Shown: positions 1 to 11,400 of the stretch, in pieces
Layout of the letters: each line of letters starts with the position of its first letter
Position numbering within the stretch: position 1 is the first letter of the stretch
DNA from: Actinomycetota bacterium
GTDB taxonomy: Bacteria; Actinomycetota; Acidimicrobiia; Acidimicrobiales; Ilumatobacteraceae
Reading direction: 5' to 3'
Assembly (NCBI GenBank): GCA_009703055.1
Contig: WLGW01000001.1
Location: 4,079-68,078 of the forward strand
Length of the DNA stretch: 64,000 nt
Program-made: the position numbers and the translations under genes
Notes under the pieces: generated by a model
Databases searched by the model: none
Told to the model about the DNA's origin: nothing
Seen by the model: the letters and a program-made list of their open reading frames with translations, nothing else

Positions 1-582
1 ATCAGTCACGGTGGTAGCGACTTCAACAATGCGATCTGTATTGGCACTGAGCTTGGCCCACACAGGAACTGTGGCAACAGCATTGACAGCGGAGATTATT
101 TGACCTGCCAAGGAAGGATCGTGAGCGATGATGCCACTTCGTCCTTCAAGGTTGGGACACGAAAGATTCACTTCGATTGCGGCAATCGCGTCGCCGGCAT
201 CACGCAACTGTTCTGCCGCCATGGAGTATTCCTGCACAGTGCGACCCCAGATACTCACGATGGGAGTGACGTGAAGCATTGCAAACAGTGGCAATGATTC
301 GCGCAACCATGTCTGCACACCAGGCCCTTGCAGTCCCACTGCATTCAACATCCCTGCTCGAGCAAGGTGCACACGTGGCGATGGATTACCTGGCCACGGT
401 TCGTGAAAGAGACTTTTCACCACTGTGGCACCCAGTTGATTCATGGGCATGAAGTGATTGAGCTCAACGTCGTGACCTGCAGTACCCGATGCAGTCATGA
501 ATGGAATCTTGAGAGAGACACCACCCACTGTCACTGCACCGAGTGACACAAGCGCATCTACAGCACGACGTGATTTTCTCAT
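1..582 (-). CDS. pyrD: dihydroorotate dehydrogenase, class 1 catalytic subunit (3' end cut by window edge)
   Basis: Not in the ORF track because it runs off the window. Hand translation from ATG 582-580 gives [38 protein letters not shown]...[10 protein letters not shown]...[13 protein letters not shown]...VPVWAKLS. The ASGT and NLSCPN motifs are typical of class 1 DHODH. The ATG overlaps the carB stop as ATGA. Confidence 0.8.
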   Translation of the reverse strand, partial: MRKSRRAVDALVSLGAVTVGGVSLKIPFMTASGTAGHDVELNHFMPMNQLGATVVKSLFHEPWPGNPSPRVHLARAGMLNAVGLQGPGVQTWLRESLPLFAMLHVTPIVSIWGRTVQEYSMAAEQLRDAGDAIAAIEVNLSCPNLEGRSGIIAHDPSLAGQIISAVNAVATVPVWAKLSANTDRIVEVATTVTD

Positions 583-3500
583 CGGCCGTGATACTCCTGC
601 AATGAGCACACTTCAATCTCAGATTGATACTGCTCCCACAAACCGTTCACTGCAGCCAACGCGGCCTCAACTGTTGTCACTGATGACACGCGATTTGCGT
701 TAGCGGCTTTACGAATCGCTTCGCCATCTTCTCGAGAACCACGACCATGAGGTGTATTCACTACAAAACTGATCTCGCCTTGAGCCACCAGTTCAACTGC
801 ATTGTCCATGGAAGAACCTTCCATCTCTGACAGCTTGCCAACGATGCGATCAACAGGGAATCCGAACTTTGCGAGATATGCAGCGGTTCCCGTTGTTGCC
901 GCCACACCAAGACCAAGATCTCGCAGTCGCTTCGCAACAACGAGGCCAGCAGGCTTGTCCCCATCGTTGAGCGACAAGAACACGGTGCCTGATGTTGGCA
1001 ACACTGTTCCGGCCGCAGTCTGGGACTTCACAAAGGCGCGACCGAATGTTCGGTCAATACCCATGACTTCACCAGTCGAACGCATCTCTGGTCCGAGTGC
1101 GGTATCCACTTCAGGGAATCGGTTGAACGGAAGAACTGCTTCCTTCACCGATACGTGGCCACCACTCACCGGCGGAGTCAAGAGACCTTCAACGCGAAGT
1201 TCTTCCAACGTTGATCCCAACATGACACGGCTGGCGACTTTTGCAAGCGGCACACCTGTTGCCTTCGCAACAAACGGAACTGTTCGTGATGCACGTGGGT
1301 TTGCTTCAATGACATACACAGTGGTGCCCAGTACTGCGAACTGCACGTTGATGAGGCCGCGAACATCGAGTGCCGTTGCAATCGACTTTGTGTATTCGCT
1401 GATGACTTCAACGACCCATGCAGGCAAGGTTTGTGGCGGGATTGCACAAGCAGAGTCACCGGAGTGAACGCCCGCCTCTTCCACGTGCTCCATCACACCA
1501 CCGATGAGAACTTCACCGGTGTGGTCACGGATTGCATCCACATCAACTTCAGTTGCATCTTCAAGGAAGCGGTCAATCAAGACTGGACGTTCCGCAGAGA
1601 GTCCGCCTTCCTTACCGAGGCTTCCGTCGCTGGCCATCTGTTCCATTGCACGCTGCAGTGCATCATGGTCGTGAACAATCTGCATCGCACGGCCACCCAG
1701 GACATAGCTCGGACGTACGAGAACTGGGAATCCCACACGCGTAGCGATGACCTTTGCTTCATCAACCGTGACAGCAGTACCACCAGGAGGCTGTGGAATG
1801 GAAAGTTCATTACAGAGCTGATTCCACTTTTCACGATCTTCTGCAAGGTCAATGGAGTGAGGAGAAGTTCCGGCAATCAGCGCAGGATCAATCAAGCCCG
1901 ACAACTTCAGTGGAGTCTGACCACCAAGGCTCACAATCACCTTTGGTGGCACTCCGCCTGATGCAATGGTCTCTGCTGCGATGACATTGAGAACATCTTC
2001 TCGAGTCAGTGGCTCGAAGTAGAGACGGTCTGATGTGTCGTAGTCGGTCGACACTGTTTCAGGGTTGCAGTTGACCATCACTGTTTCAAAACCAGCATCA
2101 CGAAGAGCAAAGCTGGAGTGGACACAGCAGTAGTCGAACTCAATACCTTGCCCAATACGGTTCGGACCAGAACCCAAGATGATGACGCGTGGACGATCAG
2201 AATGACGAACCTCTGTCTCATCTTCATATGTTGAGTAGTGGTACGGCGTCTCCGCAGCAAACTCTGCACTGCAGGTATCGACAGTCTTGTATGTCGGAAT
2301 CACACCAAGTGATTCACGATGCGCACGAACATCCATCTCATCTGCATTCCACAGATAAGCCATCTGAGCATCGGAGAATCCGAGGCGCTTTGCACGGCGC
2401 ATCTGGCTACGCGTGACGTCCGCGAGAGACATGTCGGCCATTGCATGACGCTCGTCAACGATGATTTGCATCTGGTCGAGGAACCACAAGTCAATTTTTG
2501 TTGCATCATGCACACGGTCAACACCCATGCCGCGACGAAGGGCTTCACCTACTTGGAAGATGCGCTCAGGTGTTGCGACCGACGCCTTTGCGAGCAGTGC
2601 CGCGTCGTCAAGTGAGTCGTATAAGGACTCGCCCGGATCACAGTTGAGACCAAGACGTCCCTGCTCAAGTGATCGGAGGCCCTTTTGCAAGCTTTCGGGG
2701 AATGTGCGACCGATAGACATCGCTTCGCCCACACTTTGCATCTGTGTACCGAGAACACCAGAAGTACCAGGGAGCTTTTCGAACGCCCAGCGTGGAATCT
2801 TTGTGACGACATAGTCAATGGTGGGCTCAAAACTTGCAGGAGTTGCTCGAGTGATGTCGTTAGGAATCTCATCAAGCGTGTAACCCACTGCCAACTTGGC
2901 TGCAATCTTTGCAATGGGGAAACCAGTTGCTTTTGAAGCAAGTGCAGAAGAACGAGAGACGCGTGGGTTCATTTCAATGACCACCATGTCGCCGTTGGCA
3001 GGATTCAACGCGAACTGAACGTTTGACCCACCTGTTTCAACACCGACTCGGCGAATACACGCCAATGCCGCATCTCTCATCTTTTGGTACTCAACGTCAG
3101 ACAATGTCTGTGCAGGTGCGACGGTGATTGAGTCTCCCGTGTGCACACCCATCGGATCAAAATTCTCGATGCTGCAGATGATGACGCAGTTGTCCGCCTT
3201 GTCGCGCATCACTTCCAGCTCGTATTCCTTCCATCCGACGATGGAAGTTTCGATCAAGATCTCTCGAATGGGACTTGCATCAAGACCATCAGCCGCAATC
3301 TTGAGGAACTCTTCCATTGTGTTCGCAATACCTGTACCGCGACCACCCAAGATGTATGCCGGCCGGATGATGACAGGAAGACCAATTTCTTCAAGAACCT
3401 TTACTGACTCTTCCATGTTGTGAGCCACACCACTACGAGGAACACTGAGACCGATTTCAATCATTGCTTGTTTGAACTTGTCACGGTCTTCTGCGGTTGC

Positions 3501-3872
3501 AATTGCTTCCGCGTTGGCGCCAATCAACTCGGGCGTACCAGGCACACCCACTAAGCCTTTTTCATACAAGGCCATTGCAAGGTTCAAACCAGTTTGTCCA
3601 CCGAGTGTGGGAAGAACTGCGTCAGGCTTTTCGCGTTCGATGATCTTTGCGAGAATCTCTGGAGTTAACGGCTCGATATACGTGCGGTCCGCAAAGTCTG
3701 GGTCAGTCATGATGGTGGCAGGGTTCGAGTTCGCGAGAACGACGCGATACCCCTCTGCTTTCAACACACGACATGCCTGCGTACCGGAATAGTCAAACTC
3801 GCACGCTTGTCCGATGACAATCGGGCCAGAGCCAATAATCAAGATGTTGTGAATGTCATTACGGCGTGGCAT
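579..3872 (-). CDS. carB: carbamoyl-phosphate synthase large subunit
   Basis: 1097 aa. The N-terminus [49 protein letters not shown], a duplicated ATP-grasp halves and an MGS-like C-terminus are textbook CarB. Confidence 0.97.
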   Translation of the reverse strand: MPRRNDIHNILIIGSGPIVIGQACEFDYSGTQACRVLKAEGYRVVLANSNPATIMTDPDFADRTYIEPLTPEILAKIIEREKPDAVLPTLGGQTGLNLAMALYEKGLVGVPGTPELIGANAEAIATAEDRDKFKQAMIEIGLSVPRSGVAHNMEESVKVLEEIGLPVIIRPAYILGGRGTGIANTMEEFLKIAADGLDASPIREILIETSIVGWKEYELEVMRDKADNCVIICSIENFDPMGVHTGDSITVAPAQTLSDVEYQKMRDAALACIRRVGVETGGSNVQFALNPANGDMVVIEMNPRVSRSSALASKATGFPIAKIAAKLAVGYTLDEIPNDITRATPASFEPTIDYVVTKIPRWAFEKLPGTSGVLGTQMQSVGEAMSIGRTFPESLQKGLRSLEQGRLGLNCDPGESLYDSLDDAALLAKASVATPERIFQVGEALRRGMGVDRVHDATKIDLWFLDQMQIIVDERHAMADMSLADVTRSQMRRAKRLGFSDAQMAYLWNADEMDVRAHRESLGVIPTYKTVDTCSAEFAAETPYHYSTYEDETEVRHSDRPRVIILGSGPNRIGQGIEFDYCCVHSSFALRDAGFETVMVNCNPETVSTDYDTSDRLYFEPLTREDVLNVIAAETIASGGVPPKVIVSLGGQTPLKLSGLIDPALIAGTSPHSIDLAEDREKWNQLCNELSIPQPPGGTAVTVDEAKVIATRVGFPVLVRPSYVLGGRAMQIVHDHDALQRAMEQMASDGSLGKEGGLSAERPVLIDRFLEDATEVDVDAIRDHTGEVLIGGVMEHVEEAGVHSGDSACAIPPQTLPAWVVEVISEYTKSIATALDVRGLINVQFAVLGTTVYVIEANPRASRTVPFVAKATGVPLAKVASRVMLGSTLEELRVEGLLTPPVSGGHVSVKEAVLPFNRFPEVDTALGPEMRSTGEVMGIDRTFGRAFVKSQTAAGTVLPTSGTVFLSLNDGDKPAGLVVAKRLRDLGLGVAATTGTAAYLAKFGFPVDRIVGKLSEMEGSSMDNAVELVAQGEISFVVNTPHGRGSREDGEAIRKAANANRVSSVTTVEAALAAVNGLWEQYQSEIEVCSLQEYHGR

Positions 3873-4960
3873 TACTTGCCCTCCATCATTTCGGCGAATT
3901 GTGTAAAGAGATAACGACTGTCATGTGGACCAGGACCAGCTTCAGGGTGGTACTGCACACTGAACGCACGATGCGCCTTTAGACGCATTCCTTCGTTTGT
4001 GTGGTCGTTGAGATTGAGGTGCGTGATATCTGCGACAGATGCGAGTGAGTCAGGGTCAACGCAGAAGTTGTGGTTCTGACTTGTGATTTCCACGGCTCCC
4101 GTTGCGAGATTGCGGACAGGATGGTTTCCGCCGTGATGTCCAAAGGGAAGCTTGAAAGTGTGTCCACCAAATGCGCGAGACAACAGTTGGTGGCCGAGAC
4201 AGATACCGAAGGTTGGTGTACCGGCCTCGACAATGGACCGAATTGCGTCGGTGGCTCCCCCCGCCATCTCAGGGTCACCAGGGCCATTCGAAAGGAACAC
4301 GCCCTGAGGCGACATAGCGAGGACTTCTTCAGCAGAAGTTGATGCAGGAACAACCGTGACAGTCGCAATCTCAGCAAGGCAAGTCAAGATTGTGCTCTTG
4401 ATACCGAAGTCATATGCGACAACAGAGAACTTTCCGTTGCCGAATTGGTACGAAGAAGGAGTCGTTACCTGACTCACCAAATCGATGCCAGCTGTTCCCT
4501 GATCGGCACGAGCTGCAGCGAGCAAGCTTGCATGATCTGCTGTACCAAAGGCGCCACGCAACGAACCTGAATCGCGAAGAATTCGCGTGAGACGACGAGT
4601 ATCAATCCCCGCAATGCCAGGCAATGATTGCGACTTCAACATCGCATCCAGACTCTGTTCACTGCGCCAGTTGCTTTCACGACGTGCCATGTCTCGAACG
4701 ATGACTCCGCGCGCAAAGGTTCCCCGAGACTCAGCATCAAGGTGCGTCGTGCCGTAGTTACCGATATGCGATGTAGTGAACGTAATGATCTGACCTGCAT
4801 AGGAAGGGTCAGTAATCACTTCCTGATATCCGGTCAAGGTTGTATTAAAGACAACTTCACCCACTGCGATGCCATTCGCTGGTACATGACCAATCGCTTC
4901 TCCTTCAAAGACGGAGCCGTCCTCAAGTACGAGTGCTATTTCTGTGATTGCTGAACTCAC
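3872..4960 (-). CDS. carA: carbamoyl-phosphate synthase small (glutaminase) subunit
   Basis: 362 aa. It has [10 protein letters not shown] and the class I amidotransferase motif GICLGHQLL. The stop overlaps the carB ATG by 1 nt (TAATG). Confidence 0.97.
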   Translation of the reverse strand: MSSAITEIALVLEDGSVFEGEAIGHVPANGIAVGEVVFNTTLTGYQEVITDPSYAGQIITFTTSHIGNYGTTHLDAESRGTFARGVIVRDMARRESNWRSEQSLDAMLKSQSLPGIAGIDTRRLTRILRDSGSLRGAFGTADHASLLAAARADQGTAGIDLVSQVTTPSSYQFGNGKFSVVAYDFGIKSTILTCLAEIATVTVVPASTSAEEVLAMSPQGVFLSNGPGDPEMAGGATDAIRSIVEAGTPTFGICLGHQLLSRAFGGHTFKLPFGHHGGNHPVRNLATGAVEITSQNHNFCVDPDSLASVADITHLNLNDHTNEGMRLKAHRAFSVQYHPEAGPGPHDSRYLFTQFAEMMEGK

Positions 4961-6237
4961 TTCAGTGCCTTTCCATCGCGTACAACCAATTCGCCGTTGA
5001 AGATTGTGTGACGTACGCGGCCACGCAAATCCATGCCGTGAAACGGCGTGTTACGACTTTTACTTGAGAGATGATCTCGCGAGACCGTCCACACAGTGGA
5101 GGTATCCCACACCGCGATATTCGCGGGCTCGCCCACTGCGATGGGCCTGCCGTGTCGCTGAGACACTTCGGCAATGCGCGCTGGTGCCCACGACATCAAA
5201 GAAGCGATCTGTTGCGGAGAAACACTGACTGCAGTATTCAAGACACCAAGAGCAGTCTCGAGACCCAACATGCCAGGAGGCGCAGCATCCAGCGGTTGTT
5301 CTTTGGTGTGTCCGGCATGAGGTGCATGGTCAGTTGCAACGGCATCGATTGTTCCGTCGGCGATTCCCGACTTCAGTGCTTCAATGTCGGCGGCTGTGCG
5401 AAGTGGTGGGTTCACCTTGAATACAGGATCAAATCCACGAAGCAATTCATCTTGCAGTGCCAAATGGTGCGGCGTCACTTCGGCGGTGATGGGCAGGCCT
5501 TCTGCTTTTGCAGCACGCACAAGGTCAACACTTCCCGCAGTGGACAGGTGGAGAAAATGCATCTTGGCGCCCGTTGCGCGAACAAGACCAATATCGCGAC
5601 GCACCATCTGCTCTTCAGCAATCGATGGCCAACCCGGCACACCCATGCTGGAGCAACACTCACCATCGTGCATCACCGCACCCGTTGTGAGCGACGCCAC
5701 TTCGCAGTGTTGAGCCATCGTGATTCCCAATTGCTTTCCGAGCATGAGTGCACGTTGCATCAGTTGAGCGTCTTGCACACCTGTTCCGTCATCAGTGAAC
5801 AAAGTGACGCCTTCTTCAACAAGGCGCGCATAAGGCACGAGCTGTTTTCCGAGACGCCCAATCGTGATGCACCCACTCGGCACGACCTCGCAGAGACCAG
5901 CAACGATTCCTTGCTCTCGTACAAAGCGAACCGTTTCTACGTTGTCCTGTGCAGGGTCAGTATTTGGCATCGCAACAACTGCGGTATAACCGCCCAATGC
6001 AGCCGCACGACTTCCCGACTCAATAGTTTCCGCTTCTTCTTTGCCTGGCTCACGCAGGTGGGTGTGCAGATCAACAAATCCGGAGGACAGATAACAGCCT
6101 GTGCCATCAAGTTCAATGTCCGCTTGGAGAGAACCTCCAACACCAGCAATCACTCCGTCGATAATCAACACATCAGCGACAGCGATGGCATCTGGATTCA
6201 CAACAGTGGCGCCACGAATAACGATTGATTGACTCAT
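4957..6237 (-). CDS. pyrC: dihydroorotase
   Basis: 426 aa with the metal-binding motif VDLHTHLREPG and later TDHAPH. ATGA overlaps occur at both ends (with pyrB and carA). Confidence 0.95.
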   Translation of the reverse strand: MSQSIVIRGATVVNPDAIAVADVLIIDGVIAGVGGSLQADIELDGTGCYLSSGFVDLHTHLREPGKEEAETIESGSRAAALGGYTAVVAMPNTDPAQDNVETVRFVREQGIVAGLCEVVPSGCITIGRLGKQLVPYARLVEEGVTLFTDDGTGVQDAQLMQRALMLGKQLGITMAQHCEVASLTTGAVMHDGECCSSMGVPGWPSIAEEQMVRRDIGLVRATGAKMHFLHLSTAGSVDLVRAAKAEGLPITAEVTPHHLALQDELLRGFDPVFKVNPPLRTAADIEALKSGIADGTIDAVATDHAPHAGHTKEQPLDAAPPGMLGLETALGVLNTAVSVSPQQIASLMSWAPARIAEVSQRHGRPIAVGEPANIAVWDTSTVWTVSRDHLSSKSRNTPFHGMDLRGRVRHTIFNGELVVRDGKALK

Positions 6238-7184
6238 GACTCGCCTCCCTGCTGCAACACAGTGGTCGCACCGCTTCCAAGAAGAGTGAACAGCACCGCC
6301 ATGCGAACGTTGACTCCATTCGTGACTTGCTGCAAGATGCGCGAACCAGGAACGTCGGCAGGGTCAACAATTAACTCCACACCGCGATTGATGGGGCCTG
6401 GATGCATCAAGATCGCACCGTTCCCCATTCGCGCAGCACGTTCGGGCGTCAAAGAATAAAGCGCACAGTATTCAGCAAGTTTCGGAACAATGGCGGAATC
6501 CATTCGCTCTAACTGCATGCGTAACATGTAGAGAGCGTCAACCTCGCCGACAACTTCATCAATCGTGTTTCGTACTTCAACACCCCATGACTCGATGTTA
6601 TGCGGAAGCAATGCTGGCGGGGCAACGACAACAACATGCGCTCCAAGCCGACGGAAGATATCGATGTTGCTTCTTGCGACACGAGAATGTTTGATGTCGC
6701 CAACAATGGCAATTGTTCGACTAGAGAGAGAATCTTTCGTTCCGAATTCTCGAGTCACTGTGTAGGCGTCAAGCAGACCTTGAGTGGGGTGCTGATGCCA
6801 ACCATCCCCCGCATTGATGATTGCGGCGTGAGTCCACTTTGTCATGGTGAGGGGCACACCACTTGACTTATGTCGAATCACCATCGCATCGACTCCCATT
6901 GCAGACAGCGTCTCAATGGTGTCTCGCAGACTCTCACCCTTATTCAGGCTTGAACTGGATGCCATGAATGTCATGACATCAGCAGACAATCTCTTCGCAG
7001 CAGTCTCAAAACTCAATCGTGTTCGCGTGGAGTCTTCAAAGAAGACACTGGCGATTGTCTTGCCTCGAAGTGCTGGAACTTTGGGAAGCGACCGCGAGTT
7101 GATCTCTGCCATATGGTCGGCAACATCGAGGATTCCAAGAATCTCTTCGACGCTGAGGTCATGGGACGACAGCAAATGCTTCAT
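6234..7184 (-). CDS. pyrB: aspartate carbamoyltransferase catalytic subunit
   Basis: 316 aa with the [13 protein letters not shown] and MHPGP motifs of ATCase. Confidence 0.97.
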   Translation of the reverse strand: MKHLLSSHDLSVEEILGILDVADHMAEINSRSLPKVPALRGKTIASVFFEDSTRTRLSFETAAKRLSADVMTFMASSSSLNKGESLRDTIETLSAMGVDAMVIRHKSSGVPLTMTKWTHAAIINAGDGWHQHPTQGLLDAYTVTREFGTKDSLSSRTIAIVGDIKHSRVARSNIDIFRRLGAHVVVVAPPALLPHNIESWGVEVRNTIDEVVGEVDALYMLRMQLERMDSAIVPKLAEYCALYSLTPERAARMGNGAILMHPGPINRGVELIVDPADVPGSRILQQVTNGVNVRMAVLFTLLGSGATTVLQQGGES

Positions 7185-7717
7185 TGAGTAACCGCCGTGA
7201 CAAACACACCATCTGGTCCGACAGACACTTCATCGCTGAAGTGGGTGGGGATGTTCTTGCCCACGTAATCGGGACGTATCGGTAATTCACGATGTCCTCT
7301 GTCCACCATCACTGCCAGCTGCACAGCGCGAGGCCGACCATGGTCATTCAGAGCTTCAAGAGCTGCCCGCACGGTACGGCCGGTGAAGAGAACATCGTCC
7401 ACCAAGACAACCGTGCGTCCTGTGAGGTCTAGTGGGATGTCAGTGGGCGCCGACAGAACGACGGGGCGCAGGCTGAAGTCATCGCGATACATCGAGATAT
7501 CGACAGCGCCTAGGGGAACCTCGACGGATTCCGCGATGCGATTCACCGTGTCACGAAGGCGTTGAGCGATCCAGACGCCACCTGTCTGCATGCCCACGAT
7601 GACAACTGGCGAGAGGTCGGGGTTGCGCTCAACAATCTCATGCGAAATACGGGTGATTGCGCGAGACACGTCATCTGCGCCAAGGATCTCAGTTCCGGAG
7701 ACTTCCGAAATGCTCAT
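7181..7717 (-). CDS. pyrR: bifunctional pyrimidine operon regulator / uracil phosphoribosyltransferase PyrR
   Basis: 178 aa with the PRPP-binding loop [18 protein letters not shown]. It is the first gene of the pyr operon and overlaps pyrB as ATGA. Confidence 0.95.
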   Translation of the reverse strand: MSISEVSGTEILGADDVSRAITRISHEIVERNPDLSPVVIVGMQTGGVWIAQRLRDTVNRIAESVEVPLGAVDISMYRDDFSLRPVVLSAPTDIPLDLTGRTVVLVDDVLFTGRTVRAALEALNDHGRPRAVQLAVMVDRGHRELPIRPDYVGKNIPTHFSDEVSVGPDGVFVTAVTQ

Positions 7718-7797
7718 GCTGGTACCGCCACCTGAAACTGGGGCATGAAAAACGCCCCTCGGGAGGGGCGTGCGTACATGAAAAAAGATCGAGTCAT
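7714..7797 (-). CDS. candidate 27-codon pyr leader peptide (uORF) [27 protein letters not shown]
   Basis: Hand-read on the minus strand. ATG 7797 is preceded by GGAAGGA (7808-7802). The stop TGA overlaps the pyrR ATG (ATGA at 7717-7714). The uORF contains a U6 run and the leader terminator hairpin. It is too short to appear in the ORF track. Confidence 0.35.
   Translation of the reverse strand: MTRSFFMYARPSRGAFFMPQFQVAVPA
7748..7770 (-). terminator. intrinsic terminator/attenuator hairpin in the pyrR leader
   Basis: Minus-strand RNA reads CGCCCCU-CCCG-AGGGGCG followed by UUUUU: a 7-bp stem with 6 GC pairs, a 4-nt loop and a U5 tail. It lies 31 nt upstream of the pyrR ATG. Confidence 0.55.
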
Positions 7798-7805
7798 ATT
7801 TTCCT

Positions 7806-7838
7806 TCCGTTCGAGCCTCACAGGACCCGTTTGACGGA
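7806..7838 (-). promoter_or_regulatory. putative PyrR-binding hairpin
   Basis: Stem UCCGU (7838-7834) pairs with ACGGA (7810-7806) and encloses GGUCCUGUGAGGCU (7827-7814). This matches the UCCNGNGAGG core that I recall for PyrR binding loops. It lies in the leader of a pyrR-first pyr operon. Confidence 0.5.
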
Positions 7839-7871
7839 CAAGACCACTATACACACATCGGGCGTGTGAAT

Positions 7872-9299
7872 CTAAGGCTGCACTCTCTGAAAGACCTGCC
7901 AGAACTGATTGCTATCAATTTCTTTGAATTGCGGTCGCACACCGGCCCAGACCCACGACAGTTCTTCTCCCAAAGCTCGTGGCAATACGACATATTCGAC
8001 GTCCTTGGCTGCGGGCAGTGGCTTGCCCGATAAGGAATCATCCACGCCGTAGTACAACCCCTTGAAAGGGTTCGGAAAGAAATAAATCTGACGTCGGTGT
8101 CCGAGGTGCGCAGTCAATGGGTCGTAGGCAGAGACAACAGCATCATCGGGAATGCCCTTGATGATCTCGAGTCCAGATTGTGCAAATGGAGAGCCTGCCG
8201 TGAGGGCCGCGCGAGGATTCGATGCCAACGGGTGAATCCCCCACGTCACAAAAGTAACGAGCGAGCACATCACCGTCAGAGTCATCGCGATTGGTCTCCA
8301 CTGTTCCTTGAATTTTGCAATTGCAACAAGAGTCGCTACCAGCAAAATAGGAACGATGACAATCGAGTAGTGGTACTCAATCTGATGTTGATACCAAAAG
8401 GTACTGACCATGTTGGACCCCAGGACCGGTACCGCAAGAAGAGCAACTGAAGGTGCAGCAAAGAACACCCCGGCAAACGGAGCCATCATCTTGAATAGAT
8501 ACATGGGCCTGTCTTCAGACATTAAATGCTCAACAACATTTGTTGGATTCGTAAATGTTTCTTTGAATAGCCCCGTGAATCCGCCGAAAGGAATTCGCCA
8601 TCCGTTGCGCGTGGGTACGCCGATGAGATGTCTCATCATCACAAACATCCCAAGAATGGTGACAACGATTGACACCAGTGCAGTCAGAAGTCCGCGTCGT
8701 CGATCAAAACGCCAAGCGACAAATAAGCCAATGGGAACCATCACGAGCAACACATCTTCTTTCACCAGGACGGAAAGAAGCACTGCCACCGCAAACAACT
8801 TCCACTTGGAAGCAAAAGCCGCATAGAGCGTCAACGGAATAAAGAGAGCCAGGAATGTATCGGGATGGAAGTTCTCCATCGCTCCCCCATTCAAGGCGGG
8901 GTTCGCAAGCCAGACCACTGCGGCACCACAAGCCATAGCGCCACTGTTAAACAATCGTTTTGCAAAGAGATAAATCGGAATGGTGCCGGCGGCGACAACG
9001 ATTGCTTGTACCACCAGCAGTGTCATCACTCCGGGAACAACCCAATACACCGGGATGAGAAACACCATGATGAGCGACGCATGATCACCGAGGAGGTTTC
9101 GACCCATGAGCGTCACATATGGCTCTTGGAAACGTGACATCAACCAGACGCCTTGGTCGTACAACCCCACGTCGTAGGAAAAGGTTCCTAGTCCGTAATG
9201 CAGGTCGTACGCGATCCAGATCATCCAGATGGCATGGACGACTGCAAGGGCCCCGACAATCCAGCCCCACACAGAGACTGACACCCACCACTCGCGCAT
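7872..9299 (-). CDS. polytopic membrane protein, DUF2079-like (GT-C-like fold suspected)
   Basis: At least 10 hydrophobic segments. The N-terminal region YDLHYGLGTFSYDVGLYDQGVWLMSRF resembles the DUF2079 signature as I recall it. I place the start at ATG 9299, because the longest ORF (to 9452) would overlap nusB. A GTG at 9335 is an alternative. Confidence 0.65.
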   Translation of the reverse strand: MREWWVSVSVWGWIVGALAVVHAIWMIWIAYDLHYGLGTFSYDVGLYDQGVWLMSRFQEPYVTLMGRNLLGDHASLIMVFLIPVYWVVPGVMTLLVVQAIVVAAGTIPIYLFAKRLFNSGAMACGAAVVWLANPALNGGAMENFHPDTFLALFIPLTLYAAFASKWKLFAVAVLLSVLVKEDVLLVMVPIGLFVAWRFDRRRGLLTALVSIVVTILGMFVMMRHLIGVPTRNGWRIPFGGFTGLFKETFTNPTNVVEHLMSEDRPMYLFKMMAPFAGVFFAAPSVALLAVPVLGSNMVSTFWYQHQIEYHYSIVIVPILLVATLVAIAKFKEQWRPIAMTLTVMCSLVTFVTWGIHPLASNPRAALTAGSPFAQSGLEIIKGIPDDAVVSAYDPLTAHLGHRRQIYFFPNPFKGLYYGVDDSLSGKPLPAAKDVEYVVLPRALGEELSWVWAGVRPQFKEIDSNQFWQVFQRVQP

Positions 9300-9345
9300 T
9301 CGCGAAAGTGAGAAATATCGGTGCTCGGAAGTCACCGACCAATCA

Positions 9346-9771
9346 TTACTCAGAGGAGCGAGTTTGTTTCGCCACCGCCGCGAGAACACCATTGACAAAA
9401 CGACCTGAATCATCAGTAGAGAAACGTTTTGCGAGTTCCACTGCCTCATCAATCACAACAGCAACGGGAACTTCTGGCCGAGACATCAATTCAAAAATCG
9501 CCAAACGCAGAATGGCTCTATCAAGTGCTGGCATGCGATCGAGTGCCCATCCACGAGCATTGGTCTCAATCGAGGCATCAATGGCTTCACGAGACGCTTC
9601 AACGCCTTCCAGCAAAGCTCGGGCGAGGTCTTCCGATGCAACACCGCGCTCGGCCATCAAATCAATCGCTGATGCTGAGCGTTGTTCAGCTTCGTACAAA
9701 AGGATTACTGCTTGTTCCCGAGCATCGGTACGTTCATCATTGGGGCGGATTGACTCCGAGTCATTCGGCAT
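9346..9771 (-). CDS. nusB: transcription antitermination factor NusB
   Basis: 141 aa all-helical protein with DRMPALDRAILRLAIFEL and VVIDEAVELAKRFS. It sits in the conserved efp-nusB pair. Confidence 0.92.
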   Translation of the reverse strand: MPNDSESIRPNDERTDAREQAVILLYEAEQRSASAIDLMAERGVASEDLARALLEGVEASREAIDASIETNARGWALDRMPALDRAILRLAIFELMSRPEVPVAVVIDEAVELAKRFSTDDSGRFVNGVLAAVAKQTRSSE

Positions 9772-10334
9772 CAGACGCGTGTGATGTAATCGCCGGAGCG
9801 AGTATCGACCTTGACTTTGTCGCCCACGTTCACAAAAAGAGGAACTTGGATGACCTTGCCGGTCTCAAGGGTCGCAGGCTTCTTTGCACCTGACACTCGG
9901 TCGCCCTGAACACCAGGTTCAGTGTCGGCAATCACAAGCTCAACAGATGCAGGAATCTCAACAGTCACAATGTCGCCATTGTGATACGCGATGATTGCCA
10001 TTGCTTGCTCAATGAGGTAATCGGCTGCTTCGCCGAGGGCAGTGGGAGCAATATTCGTCTGGTCGTAGGTCTCTGTGTCCATGAAGACGAACTCGCCGCC
10101 GTCCTTGTACAAGAACTGCATGTCACGCTTGTCGAGGATTGCCTGCTCAACACGGATTCCCGCATTGAAAGTCTTTTCAAAAACGTTGCCGTTACGAAGA
10201 TTGCGCAACTTGGTACGAACGAAGGCTCCGCCCTTGCCAGGCTTCACGTGCTGGAATTCAACGACCGTAAAGAGGCCGTTTTCAAGCTCGAGGGTGATTC
10301 CGTTCTTCAGATCGTTTGTGGTGATCGCGGGCAT
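9771..10334 (-). CDS. efp: elongation factor P
   Basis: [45 protein letters not shown] is canonical EF-P. I place the start at ATG 10334; the track ORF starts 36 nt further upstream. Confidence 0.96.
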   Translation of the reverse strand: MPAITTNDLKNGITLELENGLFTVVEFQHVKPGKGGAFVRTKLRNLRNGNVFEKTFNAGIRVEQAILDKRDMQFLYKDGGEFVFMDTETYDQTNIAPTALGEAADYLIEQAMAIIAYHNGDIVTVEIPASVELVIADTEPGVQGDRVSGAKKPATLETGKVIQVPLFVNVGDKVKVDTRSGDYITRV

Positions 10335-11395
10335 GAGAGTTCCTTGGGACTGAGAGTGAGAATGCGGCAACCAGTGCCGGTGACGACGACTTGATCCTCG
10401 ATCCTGACGCCGCCTACCCCTCCACGATAGAGCCCAGGCTCTACCGTCACCACCTCATTCGACTGAAGCACAGCCTCACAGCGCGGAGAAAGGATGGGTT
10501 CTTCATGGATATAGAGCCCAATTCCATGTCCCGTTCCGTGAACGTACTCATGTTCAAGACCCTCACGGTCAAAGACTGCACGAACCGCCCCATCGACTTC
10601 GGCTCCCGACACACCGTGTCGCACTACAGCCACTCCAGCCTCTTGTGCCTCTCGCACTGTGTTGTACATGTGCTGATACTCCGGTGACCACTCGCCTACT
10701 TGAATCGTTCGTGTCATGTCGCTGCGATAGCCAGATACCTCTGCGCCAAAGTCAATCACCACACCATGGCCTGACTCAATCCGTGTTTCCGAGGGCTCGT
10801 GATGAGGCCTGGCACCATTTGCTCCTGTGGCAACAATCGTTGCAAACGAAACATCGTCTGCACCGCTCTCACGCATCACAGAATCAAGACGATTGCGCAC
10901 CTGCTTCTCTGTGCGGCCGATGAGCCCATCTGCAAGAACTGACAACAGAGCATTATCTGCGATCTGCGCAGCCTGCGCCATGAGTTCAATCTCCCACTCT
11001 TCCTTCACCCGTCGCAATGTATTCATTGCTGTTGGTTCAGGAACAATTGTCAACACGTCCGCTAGTGCTTGAAAACGAGAAGCCATGATGTGGTCAAGAT
11101 CAATACCAACATCGTTTGCCTGTGCGACTGATGCAATGGCAGATGACATTGATTCGCCTGACTTCAACAAACGAACATCAACGTTCGCTTCTGCCTTTTC
11201 AATTTCCGACAGTGCACGGTCGTAGTACCGACCATCTACAAAGAGCGTTGCGGATGACGCCGAACGATTGACCAGAACAAATGATGTCTTCCCAGTGAAT
11301 CCAGTCAGCCAACGCACATCTTCAGGGCGAAGAATTAAGGAATTCTCAACGCCACCCATCGCAACCAAACGTGCAAGACGTGACGAGATGCTCAT
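10307..11395 (-). CDS. pepP: Xaa-Pro aminopeptidase (M24B)
   Basis: 362 aa with the metal-binding motifs of the M24 pita-bread fold ([23 protein letters not shown]). It occupies the same position as pepQ next to efp in mycobacteria. Confidence 0.9.
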   Translation of the reverse strand: MSISSRLARLVAMGGVENSLILRPEDVRWLTGFTGKTSFVLVNRSASSATLFVDGRYYDRALSEIEKAEANVDVRLLKSGESMSSAIASVAQANDVGIDLDHIMASRFQALADVLTIVPEPTAMNTLRRVKEEWEIELMAQAAQIADNALLSVLADGLIGRTEKQVRNRLDSVMRESGADDVSFATIVATGANGARPHHEPSETRIESGHGVVIDFGAEVSGYRSDMTRTIQVGEWSPEYQHMYNTVREAQEAGVAVVRHGVSGAEVDGAVRAVFDREGLEHEYVHGTGHGIGLYIHEEPILSPRCEAVLQSNEVVTVEPGLYRGGVGGVRIEDQVVVTGTGCRILTLSPKELSCPRSPQTI

Positions 11396-11400
11396 GACAA

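Noticed and set aside
5071-6228. A 385-aa plus-strand ORF lies antisense to pyrC. Similar long antisense ORFs occur at 802-1467, 9119-9784, 12709-13461, 14855-15739, 17950-18639, 55117-55833 and elsewhere.
   Set aside because: Their Arg/Ser/Cys/His-rich nonsense composition shows no motifs. Each is fully embedded opposite a confidently identified housekeeping gene. They are a typical artefact of codon-phase bias on the antisense strand.
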